A program made the translations under genes and the position numbers. This document shows positions 51,715 to 64,000 of a stretch of DNA of 64,000 nt, in pieces. The DNA lies in NCBI GenBank assembly GCA_017499595.2, contig CM039000.1, forward strand, positions 620,001-684,000, read 5' to 3'. Position 1 is the stretch's first letter. Each line of letters opens with the position of its first letter. Source of the stretch: Psilocybe cubensis (lineage: Eukaryota). The notes below the pieces were generated by a model. It worked only from the letters and a program-made list of their open reading frames with translations. It searched no databases and had not been told where the DNA came from.

Positions 51715-54700
51715 TGGCGTCGGCGCATAGCTGGATACGTAGTGGGTTAAATCCTGCTTGCCGGAAGACGATGCTTCGCGTTGGAGCATCCGCTGGTTGC
51801 ACATAGAGTCAAAACAAGCAAAGAGGAGGGCCCAGCTCGCCGGACGGCAATACATAGCGTCGGAGCGTAGTTGGACAAGGAGTGTGGTGGATCCTGCTCG
51901 CCGGAAGACGTCGCATTGCGTTGAAGCATCCGTTGGTTGCACATGGAGTCCATACAAGTAAAGGGGAGGGTCCAGCTCGCCGGACAGCGATATATCGTGT
52001 CGGGGCATTATTTGGTGGTACAGGACTCCTTGGGACAAGCAAAGCGGGTGGGTTTAGCTCGCCGGACGACGATATGTTGCCTCAGAGCATCTTTAGGCAT
52101 GCTGGCACTAGCGAATCGCGGGGAAGAAATACATTGCGTCGGAGTAATCTGAGTTATGGAAAACAGTTAAGCACATGTCTAGCACTCTGAACAGCAATAC
52201 ACTTACCAATACCACAGCCCTTTATTCTCAAGGCGAGTATCGATGCATAGCTTCAAGGCGAAACTGATACAAAGTCAGTACATGTTTTCAACACTATATC
52301 CAATGTCACATACCTCTTGGTTACCGCGCATTCCTTTACCAGCATTCGTCGGACACCCGAATCTCAAATTTGATTCTGCACACATTGTCAGTACTTATAA
52401 GTCTTTGAAGCGTATAAAACTTACAAGGTTGAAACCAGAATACATCGCCCGAGAGACCTAGGTTGATACTAGAGCATGGCATAGACAGAGTGCGATGCCA
52501 AGGAGGGTGCATGACGATGAGGAACATCCACGACGAGGAGGGTGCACAACAATGGGTGCATGACGAGGAGGGTACGCAAAAAGAAAGGTGTGCAACGAGG
52601 GAGGTAACGACGAGGACGGGTACACGTCGACGTACATCCAGCATTAGGGCATAATGCACGGCTGGTGTTCATGAAATTCCAGTCCCTCTTTATACTCTTT
52701 TTTTACCAAGTTTTCAAGGTCACGTTGTATTTTCGCTGGCACATCACCTCATTTCTGTAGCTTCATCAATTACACTAGTCTTCGCTTCACTCCAACTTCG
52801 TTTACGAAGTGTAAAATTTATTTATTGGAATGCCATAATTTGACTCTTAGGAGTCCGGGAATATGAGTGATTCCACTTCCCTGTTGCTCTCCGACTTGAA
52901 TTCCAAGGCAGAAGATCCTGCTACAAATGTCCGAAAACTGTCCACATCCACAAATTACATTCCATGCTCGAGCACTGGAACAGCCGCTTTCCATCCTCGT
53001 AAACTCGTATTATTGTGCTAGACCCGGAGATCCACTTACGCGTAGAAGGCCGTAGTTTTGTTGAACGTTGCTTCACAACATTACGTGCATTTACATCCAA
53101 CATAACGTCCTGTACCGCTGGCACAACACGCGCACCCGGCATGCAGGTATTCTGAATTCGACGCGACGCGTCTCATCCACAACGCCAGAAAGCAAAAGAC
53201 CCTGAACGCGAACGCCCCTAAACGCGAATTGGTTTCGGATAACAAAGTCAGCTGAACTTGACGCGACGCGTCGGACGCGTGTCAGGGCAGAGCTGAGCTG
53301 TTTAATCTAATGACGCACATTTTCGTAACAAGCGCTGCTTCCTTTGAAACCCGCTTTTGGAATAGTCGCGCTAGCGCCCGATCCGTGTCATCGCGATTCC
53401 GGATTCACGATCCTCGATTCAAGCCTAAATTTAAATCTGGGCAGACCAACATCCAGGCCCACATTTACATAAATGCTTGCTGGAGAGCTTTCTACTATGT
53501 CTGGGGGTCATTTTTGATGTAGCGACTGTAATTGAAGGTGTTTTCATGGGAGTTAAATGTAACTCTGGCTTGTTTTCAATGTAAATATAACTAAATCTCA
53601 AGGTATACTCTACAGAAATTGTTTGTGGGAATACCGGTAAGTCAGGTTGCATCTGCATACTCGCTGACTATCTGTAGCACTGTAGAGGTTTGATATACGT
53701 GCTTATATTAACATTCATTTCACTCTGCGGCCAAAAATCCGTCTCTGAACGGATATTTAAATAACTCATGCAGGGGTCACCCGAGCCCCTGTCCCGCTCT
53801 TGAATGTAAATTTAAAGTCTAACTGCAGGCCTATGACATGCTTTACCTCAACAAGGCTAGTGCCTCGGCTGCTCGGAGCCATCACAATGTTCAGCGGAGA
53901 CTCTGAAGTTTCGGAGGATTGAGAAAAATACAATGACGTGGCATTCAAATTCACAGTAGTTTGACCTCCATAAGACGTCTGTGAGCTGAATAGTGTACCA
54001 TAGAGTGTGAATAGAAGACAATATGATAAAATCCACTTGTAACTAACAGAATAAATTGAAATCTCTTGTGAATTTTCAAGTACTCGTCCTAAAATCGACT
54101 GCACGCAATTTCATCCGCAGAATATAGATTACAACAAGCCCACAGGCAGGGTATGGTGTACCAGTACTGATATATTACCTAGAATAGTCCAAAATCACTC
54201 ACAGGAAGCAATGGCATTTGTTTGACATATAAACCAATGACATTCTCCTCCTCCCCCGATACGTCAATTTACGTCGTTTTAGTCGTTTCCATTCTATCCG
54301 TACCTTATTATAGATTAGCCTAGCACCCTTTGGCTCGCGAATAACGTTGTGAATCGGTGCTCTAGAGCCCAGAAGAACGTAGTTGATTGGATACAGTGCA
54401 GGCGGGTAATAACAACGTGTCATGCGTACCGCGGCTGTTTGCTGCATACTCGCCATTTGAGGCGGTTTGGCGGATGCGTATAGATGTAGTGATGCGTGGT
54501 TGAAGAGATGATGCGCCGTGGTGCAAGGAAAAGTCGGCAATTTGGAGTTGTTCACGTCAAGCCGTGAAATGGTGTAAATCGCGCATTCCCGCAGTTTGAA
54601 GAGGTGTAGGGGGGATTTTGTGAGCTGAGGGGCTGGAATAGTATGAAATTTAAGTGATGAGTAGTGAAATTTGAGTGCTAAAACCTTGAGAAAAGTTACA

Positions 54701-56261
54701 CATTTCAAAAAATATTAAGCGCCCGAATAGACATCACACTGAATTGCGTGAACACAGCAATTCCAAAGGCATTCCTCAGGTATCTCTGTATAGCAGCAGA
54801 TACTACCATACCCCTAATCACTCACATCGTGCATCCCATGTCAACAATCCCAAAAAATTCAACAAAATTTTCAACTCACGTACATACCAACATCCTCCCC
54901 CTCCCCCGATTCGCGAATACAGCCCATTTCGAACGCCTCCCTTTCTTCCTGGTCTTTTCCGGCACTAACGGGGACCTGCTCGGCTAGGCTAGGCTGCCGT
55001 CACCCGACCTAGAAGGACGGAAATGAAAGCAACCACTGACGGTCTTCAGCTGAATACACAAATGCAATGATACGTACCGTACAATTCTGCGCGTTTTCCG
55101 CGTATTCCTGGCATTTAGGGTGTTTTAATACGTTACCTATGGTGTTATGCTGGTGTCTGGGCGTCGGATCGAAGGTTGAAAAGTCGTAAGGTTTGTCTGG
55201 TTTCGTATTGCAAGTGTGCTCATGGAGCCGAATGCCCTCATTGTTGGAATAACGGGTTTACATGGTTTTTCAATGTCAGGTAGCCCCTGAGTGATATGAT
55301 AGATGCTCTTCAGTATGTGAGTATGTCTGCGAGACTTGTTGAGCTCGGAGCACGATGGAAAAGGGTGTACTGCGTATCAACTCCAAATAAGCGCCGAGAA
55401 CGTGCATATCTACATACAGTGCAAAACAACACTACACACACCTCTAGAAAGATGACAGGGGTAATAATACCTCTCAGCTCTACCCCTCCAAACCATCCAC
55501 CCCGCGGAACCATCGAAACAGCTGAACCAATCACATCCGAATCTGCACCTCCTCTCCCAAATCCGCATTCCACCCCATTCCAACCGCATTTCTTTTCTTC
55601 CGGCTTCGGAATCTCACCACCTCGGCTACTCAGAGTCATAACGGCAGATCAGAAGAAGACAGCGGCGTTCAATTTGTCGCTGTGCAGAAGACGAGTTTTA
55701 CGGGTGTTGACTACAGAGCAAGTGTCCGCACTCCGGGAGAGCTAGAATGTGTCGTTTGTGTGATTATGGGTAGAATACGTATGGGTGGTGAATTGAATGT
55801 ACGTACTGGTTTCCCCGAGTCGTGAAGCATTTGAAAATTGTGGAAGATTTGGTGCTAAAGTTTTGTTATTCGTCGTTCAGGCAATTTTGAGGAAATGGAG
55901 TGTATCATGAATCCAGTACTTGTATTGTCCTGGTTTGCGTCTTCAAGCATTGTAAATCTTTATTCTTTATTGAGTTGAATATAATTCTCTCTTGAGCGCA
56001 ATGCATCGACATCAGCTCAAACAAACAAATGTACGAAATCATATTTCACAATACAACACACCCACCCAAAGTTTCACTCACTGCAAACGGAGAAACCACA
56101 TCCAATCTACAATCTCGACACACACGGACGATCGGACCACAACTCGCGTAACCCAAATCCGAACCCGCACTAACAAGCGACACCGAAAAAAAAAAAGAAT
56201 CTGTATATTTCATTATTCGGTCTACTTACGACATGTAACAGGCGTACTAGTAACAGCCCCA

Positions 56262-58528
56262 CGCGGGTATATAAAGACCACGCACCTTGCTGGCCTTTCT
56301 TCATCCCCTCACCGCCTACTCTCCTCTGCCTCTTCAGCTCTCCTCTTCTTTTCTCTTCGGGCTTGGATGGCGCGTTCTGGCAGACGGTGAGCCTTCTAGT
56401 TCGTTCTCGACGGCGCTGACGTTGTGCACTATATAGGCATTGGTGAGTGATATTGACACGACGCCGAGGCGATTCTGACGCGTTTCTCATAGGCCCGCGC
56501 ACCACGATGAAAACACCCCTCCTAACCTTGCCCGTAAAGGTGAGTTGCACCCACCCAACGATGCGCTGCTACTCACTTTGCTTCTCGCTGCACAGAAAAG
56601 TAAGGATTTCCGTGAGTCGGGGCCCCTATGACACGCAGAGCGCTGACAACGCACCTTGACAGAATGGCCTCTCGATCCATCCACCTGACGGCGTGGGCTG
56701 GTTGATACCGTGAAGGTTGCTGGAAAGGTCCTAGACGGTGTGGACACGATAACGACGGTAAGTAGTAGGGCAATAACTAACAGATGCTTTACTGACCCAC
56801 CTTGAAATTAGATTCCCCGCCCGCCTCTGTCACTGCAAGTTGGATCCATTGGACTATGAGGGGACATAACATGCCCCCCAAATCCCGCTCCACGGTGAGT
56901 GTCGAGAGCGACTGAAAGTGCTTGCTGATTAATCCGACGCTTGCTGGGGTAGACGACCCTACGCGGGTATAAAGACCACGGGTGTTGCTGGAATTCTTCA
57001 TCTTTGGGCTTGGATGACGTGTTCGGGCAGACGGTGAGCTTTGTAGTCGACAGCGCTGACGTTGAGCACACCAGAGCCACCGTTTGAGGCGACGGTGAGT
57101 AACATGCACACGATGCCAATGTGATTCTGACGCATTCCTCGTAGAAGTGCTATAGGTGCGTTGGTCACCGCAGAACGCTGACAACATACCTCGACAGAAC
57201 ACCACCTAGCCTGTCCCGCTCTGCCCAGACCAGCCAACACCGCTTCTCGCTACACAGACAAGGCATTGCCTACAGAATTTCTGTGAGTCGGGGCCCCTGA
57301 TACGTAGAAAGCTGACGAAATACCTTGACAGAATGTCTTCTTGATCCATCCCGCTCCTCTCCCTGGCATAACGATTGACGGCGTGAAAAAAAAGAAGTTT
57401 AGATGCGTAACGAACTGCAGAGTACTGACCGTGCCGATTACTCCATCCCACACTCTCCTTGTATCCTTTCCCTCTCCGCATTGCCCCATACCACCAATGA
57501 CCGCGCGCAGCGACACTGTCTTGACGGCCGTCCAGAATGCATGCAGCTGAGGGGAGAGAGGTAAGCACAATCCCTCGCGGTCAAAAGAATTGTCAACTTA
57601 CTGACCGGTGATACAAGCTGTTGAAAATTGACATGGCCTGCCCACACCATCGATGACCTGCGCTGTGTGCTGGATAGCGCGCAGTGACGCTGTCTTGACG
57701 GCCGCCCAGAATGCACACAGCTGAGGGAAAGCGGTAAGCACGGTCCCTTGAGGTTGAAAGAGTTGTCTACTGACCTGTGACACAAATCGACCCCCTAGGT
57801 CCATGGATAGCGAGCAAAGACTCTTGACCGCAAGGTAAGCCGTCGATATAATAACCCAACCAACCTATTGACGCACCAATTGACCTCTAGTCGGGCACGA
57901 CTGTATGCGCGAGCCTTGTTCTTTGAGGCGCAAGGAACCTTGGGTGTTGGTTAAAGGTATGCCCGCTCAGTTTGTCTGCGAAACTGTCTTGAATGGCGGG
58001 CTGAATGCTGCATGCACTGTGGCTTGACGGGGGTGGAAAGACTCTGCAAGGGTGCTGTCACTGGCTTGGGCATCCATCGCTTGTCCCATGACGGCGGCGT
58101 GTCGACGTTGGGATCAACGTTGTTTAGTGATGAGTCTGCGTGCTGCCACATTCCCCTATACGGACATGCGGCCTCAAGCTGAGATCCAACAACTGAGAAA
58201 GTCAAATATAAAAAGACGGACAATAACGTACCTCAGTTTCCCCTAGATGCTCACAAATATCAAGGTAGGCGAAGATCGGGGTGTGTGAGTGAGAAGACGA
58301 AGCGGGTAATATAGGTGCTGTGGGGATGAGGCGGAGAGTGCAACATGTGTCGCCTCCTTCATCTTCCAACGGAAAGGACTTGAGCGCAAGGTGCACGGCG
58401 TGACGGTGGTCAAGGAGCTCATCAAAAACGAAGGCCGACTGCCTTCTTCAAGGGGCTGACGCCAAAGGTATGCCAGTGTCCTACTTAGTTGCAATTCGCC
58501 GCATGCACCGCATCGACACAACGTCTAG
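56262..58528 (+). other. Intron-dense unit, copy 6
   Basis: Homologous to copy 1. Confidence 0.55.
58382..58467 (+). pseudogene. GGC1-like exon fragment, copy 6 (frameshifted)
   Basis: Same as 3791-3876. Confidence 0.65.
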
Positions 58529-59508
58529 TGATTACTTGCTAAAACAGGTATACATACATCTCGTAGTGTAGAGTATGATTCAGGAGCACATGCACAGCTG
58601 GTGGGGATAGATAGGGTAGGTAGGTTACTATAGGTGTAGTAGTAGTATGTCGGCTGTACACACATGAAAAAAGGTATAAGTGTTAACGTGAATGTGAATC
58701 TGGGAAAACAAGGTCATAAAGATGGGAGAAAATTAAATATAGGAAATGTGCGGTCGGGTGTGCGTGCACACTATGCAGCAGAGGAGAACACAACAGGCAG
58801 AAGGTAGAGGTGGATGATAACGAGGTGAACATGCCGAAGAAGAAGAAAAAGAGGAGAACAATGCAGAGGAGGGAAAATCGAGAACGAAATTGAAGGAAGA
58901 CGAAACGAGAATCAAATCAGAACGGCTCGAAATCCAAAATCCAGTTCCGATTCCAATAGTTTTCTACAACAACTCTACTCTACAAAGATCTTCTACTTTT
59001 ACAAATTCGTCTTCGACACGTCAACGCGTCGTCGACGATCACCCGCGTACCGCGCCACCTGCTCTGCAGTGGTCACTCGTCCTCGCACGCACGCGTGCAA
59101 GTGCACAAATCAAGCACGACCGGTGAGTCTTTCTACTACATCAAAACAAAAAAAAGCAGAAACGGGGGAAAGAAATAGAAAACAAAAGGAGAAAGCGGGA
59201 ACTGGACTGGACGATATACACGAGGGGCTTGGTGGTGGTGGTGGTGGTGGTGGCAACAACAGACAGCATCGAGCGCCAGGCGGTCTAGGGATGGACAGAA
59301 GGGATCCTCCGAGCATGCATGCACGCGCGTGTGCTCCCCTCCCTCTCATCCTCCGAGGTGTGATGTTGGCCCGCAAAAAGTGAATAGGTGCGTATGTGGG
59401 TGGAAATCAACTCCGGGTATCGGTTACTGAACTAGATGGGAAGGGGGGGAGGAGACTTGGACAGACATGTATGGTATGCAGGGAGGCACGACGGAAGAAG
59501 GAGGGCGC

Positions 59509-61302
59509 TCAGAGTGAGAACCACTGCCTCTTCGCGTGAAGCCTCCTGTGCGCGGTGGTTGCAGCTACTTTCACCTGTGGCTCGGGCTCGGGCGATTTCT
59601 TGACGAGCACGCCCTCCTCCGGGGAGGGAAGCAAAGCGCGTCTCCTGCGCCTGCTCGAGCGCTTCTGGCAAGACGGGGCGGGGTTGCCGTTGTCGTTGCT
59701 GGTAGAAACAGAAGCAGCGGATGCAGAAGAAGCGGAGGCAGAGGCAGAGGAAGAAGCGCCTGCGGCGAGGTTGGCGGGGGCGGGGCTTGCACCGGTGTTC
59801 CCACCTGAGTTTGCGTTGTTCGAGCCTGAGCCGTTGTTTGAGTTGGGTTTGTTCGAGCCCGAGTTGTTGTTGTTGGAGCCAGAATTGTTGGAACCGGAGT
59901 TGCCTGCGGGAGCACTCGGAGCGCCGGCAAAGATATCGTTCTGCGCGCCTGAAAAGAAGAATCGCAAAAAAACGCCAGGTCAGCCACTTACAATCCGAAA
60001 TAAAAAAAAAATAATCATTGAAACCAACCATCAGCGAAACCCAGCTTGGCATTGTATGCTGGAGACTTGAAGCTGCCTGAAAGGTCGTATCCACTGACAG
60101 CGATGTTGTTGCCCTCGTTCTGGTTCCAGTAAATCATCTGCTTCGAGCCCTTGACGCAGGCACCTGGGTTGCCCTCGCACCACACGGGTGGCTGTGGGGG
60201 TGCAATGGGCGTAGTGCTCTTCGCGCCGGTGACTTTGCACTTGAATGGCTGGTGGTACATGTTCGGCTGGCCGCAGCCGTTCGGGACCCATCCCCACTGT
60301 GGAAAGAGTTAGACGAAAAATGTGAAGTTTGAATAGAAGTCGGCTTACAGCGCAGATGCAGCCTCCTTCAGGGCAGGCGGGCAAGTTGGCCGGGACATCG
60401 TAGCTGATAACGCGCTTCCAGGGTGTGCTGTGGGGGATTTTATTGATAAGCGTCATTGATTTATTTGCAAGGAATGAAAACCACTCACTTATAACGAACA
60501 GTGAACACTGCAAGGTTCTGGGGAGTTACTGCCTTGATGTCAGACTAGAAAGTATTTGCAAAGTGAGCGCTAGATATGATTTTGAACGAGAGTTGGGGAC
60601 TTGCGTTGTACGAGATTGCGAATGCGGTTCCGGCCGCCATAGACTGATTCTGGGCATGCACTGCACAAAAATGAATCAGCAAAAACGCCAAGAAACGAGG
60701 GCCGCTCACTGTTTGGGGACGTGATGCATGAAGGGACATTCTGTGAGGCACAGTGGGTTAATTAATCAGTTGCTAGGAATATGGGAAAGACACGCACATA
60801 GTCCTCGGGGTATGTCGCACCGTCTGGCCATTCTGAGGTGTCGCGCCCGTTGTACGCCAGCGTGGTCTTTGCGCGGTTGGAGGCGATCTCGACGGTGAAG
60901 CTTCCACCAGCAGGACTGAAGTCGGGGTTTAGACGACGGAAATCAAAAATACAGGTGTGTTGGGACTCACAGCTCGAGGAAGTCCCCGTCTGCAGGAGGA
61001 TATAGGTCACACTAGGTTAACAATTGCGTTGTTGATATGATGGACTGCAGAGTGTTGTTTAATGAGATGAACATAGCACAACGGCAAAACACGTACACCA
61101 CCAATCCTTAAAGTTGAGCTGGACAATCGCGTAGGAATTCAAGTCTTGCGCAGCTTGCGGACCCTATAGAAAGAATGTAGATTCTTCAGCGGTTCTGAAC
61201 ATTTTGAAATGAGGACTACATTCCTTTGTGGAAAGCTGCAAGATGGGCGTTGGCGCCGCTTAGCCACAAGGCCGCTGTGAGAAGGGTTGCAGCTCGAAAC
61301 AT
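59509..61302 (-). pseudogene. AA14-like LPMO, copy 6 (haplotype A)
   Basis: Same sequence as copy 1 at offset +54591. Confidence 0.85.
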
Positions 61303-62184
61303 TGACTTGAACTTGTTGAGCCGCGTTGAAAAAGAGTGTGGTTGGCCTTGAAGAAAGTTTGGCGTAAACCGAGCGGGATGGTACAGGAAGGAGTCGTACA
61401 AGTCGTTGGAGTGAAAAGTTGACAGTCTAGTTTATAAGCTAATCAGGAAGTGAGCGGATGGATGATACCCTGCGTTCATCATGGAAGAAGGGGAGGCAGA
61501 CCACCTAAATTGATAGATTACTATTTATGATGTGCAGATGTTGCTTTTTCTGGCGAGTTTTTTCTCGGTAAAATGTCGAGATCTATTAATAGGCCAAAAA
61601 AAGAGCGTAGTCCATGCATTCCAACACCTTCAATTTATCGTACAAGCAGAGGTTAGCCCCGCCCGAAGGCCAGAATGGGGCGTAACCGGTCTATCTACAG
61701 GGAAATCACTCACCGGCGAAAATCTGTCAAGGTCACGGGACAAACATCCTACCACAACGACGGGTCATACGTGTTCTTCCCGGGTTGACAATAGGCCCGC
61801 CTACGTCGTGTTAGAGGGTTCAAGGGCCCCGCGCGGGTCCACTTCAGAGGTGTCCAACAATAATCGCTAGAGCATACCCCTGCGTCAAAGCTCCCCGGAC
61901 GCCATTATGTTGTGTCAGAGCATAGCGGGGTGACTCGAGGGTGCTGAACGGAAATTAGGGTGAGTCCTGCTCGCCGGGTCAAAGCAACGATGTGTCGTGT
62001 TTGTCTAACGCCATACTGGTGCTGGGTGAGGAGTAGGCTGTATCCAGTTCGGCAGACAGCAATACATCTCCAGTTGGGTGGGTGCATAGCACTGCCTCCA
62101 AAGAGGCTGGACAACATTGGATGAAGGAGGAGATGCGCGTCTTGCCGGACAGCAATACATGGATAAGAGTTGGGTAGATCCTAC

Positions 62185-62360
62185 TCGCCGGAAGACGATA
62201 CGTTGCGTTGGGGCATATGTTGGTGGCACATAAAGTCGACACGAGCAAAGGGGAGAATTGAGCTCGCCGGAAGGCGATACGTTGCGTTGGGGCATACGTT
62301 GGTTGCACATGAAGTCGAGACGAGCAAAGGGGAGGGTCCAGCTCACCGGAAGGCGATACA
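62185..62360. repeat. 79-bp minisatellite, about 2 diverged copies
   Basis: Repeat heads at 62235 and 62314. Confidence 0.85.
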
Positions 62361-64000
62361 TGGCGTCGGCGCATAGCTGGATACGTAGTGGGTTAAATCC
62401 TGCTTGCCGGAAGACGATGCTTCGCGTTGGAGCATCCGCTGGTTGCACATAGAGTCAAAACAAGCAAAGAGGAGGGCCCAGCTCGCCGGACGGCAATACA
62501 TAGCGTCAGAGCGTAGTTGGACAAGGAGTGTGGTGGATCCTGCTCGCCGGAAGACGTTGCATTGCGTTGAAGCATCCGTTGGTTGCACATGGAGTCGATA
62601 CGAGTAAAGGGGAGGGTCCAGCTCGCCGGACAGCGATATATCGTGTCGGGGCATTATTTGGTGTCCTTGGGACAAGCAAAGCGGGTGGGTTTAGCTCGCC
62701 GGACGACGATATGTTGCCTCAGAGCATCTTTAGGCATGCTGGCACTAGCGAGTCGCGGGAAAGAAATATATCGCGTCGGAGTAATCTGAGTTATGGAAAA
62801 CAGTTAAGCACATGTCTAGCACTGTGAACAGCAATACACTTACCAATACCACAGCCCTTTATTCTCAAGGCGAGAATCAATGCATAGCTTCAAGGCAAAA
62901 CTGATACAAAGTCAGTACATGTTTTCAACACTATATCCAATGTCACATACCTCTTGGTTACCATGCATTCCTTTACCAGCATTCGTCGGACACCCGAATC
63001 TCAAATTTGATTCTGCACACATTGTCAGTACTTATAAGTCTTTGAAGCGTATAAAACTTACAAGGTTGAAACCAGAATACATCGCCCGAGAGACCTAGGT
63101 TGATACTAGAGCATGGCATAGACAGAGTGCGATGCCAAGGAGGGTGCATGACGATGAGGAACGTCCACGACAAGGAGGGTGCACAACAATGGGTGCATGA
63201 CGAGGAGGGTACGCAAAAAGAAAGGTGTGCAACGAGGGAGGTAACGACGAGGACGGGTACACGTCGACGTACATCCAGCATTAGGGCATAATGCACGGCT
63301 GGTGTTCATGAAATTCCAGTCCCTCTTTATACTCTTTTTTTACCAAGTTTTCAAGGTCACGTTGTATTTTCGCTGGCACATCACCTCATTTCTGTAGCTT
63401 CATCAATTACACTAGTCTTCGCTTCACTCCAACTTCGTTTACGAAGTGTAAAATTTATTTATTGGAATGCCATAATTTGACTCTTAGGAGTCCGGGAATA
63501 TGAGTGATTCCACTTCCCTGTTTGCTCTCCAACTTGAATTCCAAGGCAGAAGATCCTGCTACAAATGTCCGAAAACTGTCCACATCCACAAATTACATTC
63601 CATGCTCGAGCACTGGAACAGCCGCTTTCGATCCTCGTAAACTCGTATCATTGTGCTAGACCCGGAGATCCACTTACGCGTAGAAGGCCGTAGTTTTGTT
63701 GAACGTTGCTTCACAACATTACGTGCATTTACATCCAACATAACGTCCTGCACCGCTGGCACAACACGCGCACACGGCATGCAGGTATTCTGAATTCGAC
63801 GCGACGCATCTCATCCACAACGCCAGAAAGCAAAAAGACCCTGAACGCCCCTAAACGCGAATTGACTCCGAAAATAACAAAGTCACTTGAACTCGACGCG
63901 ACGCGTCGGACGCGTGTCAGGGCAGCTGAGCTGTTTAATCTAATGACGCACATTTTCGTAACAAGCGCTGCTTCCTTTGAAACCCGCTTTTGGAATAGTC

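Larger units (their letters stand above)
43946..54591. repeat. Array unit 5 (10646 bp), haplotype A then B-type tail
   Basis: ORF track matches unit 1 to ~51470 and units 2/3 from ~51750. Confidence 0.95.
1..64000. repeat. Head-to-tail tandem array of a ~10.5-11.3 kb unit (5 full units + 1 partial; extends beyond the window)
   Basis: CAGTTTGAAGAGGTGTAGGGGGG recurs at 1, 10524, 21606, 32862, 43946 and 54592, and the ORF track repeats at the same offsets. Confidence 0.99.
54592..64000. repeat. Array unit 6 (partial), haplotype A with a variant tail
   Basis: ORF track matches unit 5 to ~62370, then private variants. Confidence 0.95.

Noticed and set aside
1-64000. rDNA array (unit size of ~11 kb is similar)
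   Set aside because: No recognisable 18S, 5.8S, 25S or 5S sequence; units contain spliceosomal genes.

Overview
Eukaryotic DNA, most likely from a basidiomycete fungus (40-60 nt GT-AG introns with CTGAC/CTAAC branch points; AA14-type LPMO gene). The whole window is one head-to-tail tandem array of a 10.5-11.3 kb unit: five complete units plus a partial sixth, running off both ends. Each unit carries (i) an 11-exon minus-strand AA14-like lytic polysaccharide monooxygenase gene that appears broken at the exon 1/intron 1 junction in all six copies, (ii) a convergent, very intron-dense plus-strand unit (about 13-16 introns, microexons, internal duplications) with no long spliced ORF that I could find, (iii) an isolated exon resembling the mitochondrial GTP/GDP carrier GGC1, (iv) a 79-bp minisatellite of variable copy number inside an older degenerate repeat field, and (v) ACGCGT-rich palindromes and decayed sequence. 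The LPMO region occurs as two haplotypes in the order A-B-B-B-A-A, and several units are mosaics. The haplotypes differ by many short deletions. No rRNA, tRNA, CRISPR or intact transposase was recognised. Most ORFs in the supplied track are spurious or exon fragments. Protein family calls are from recalled motifs, not from database searches.
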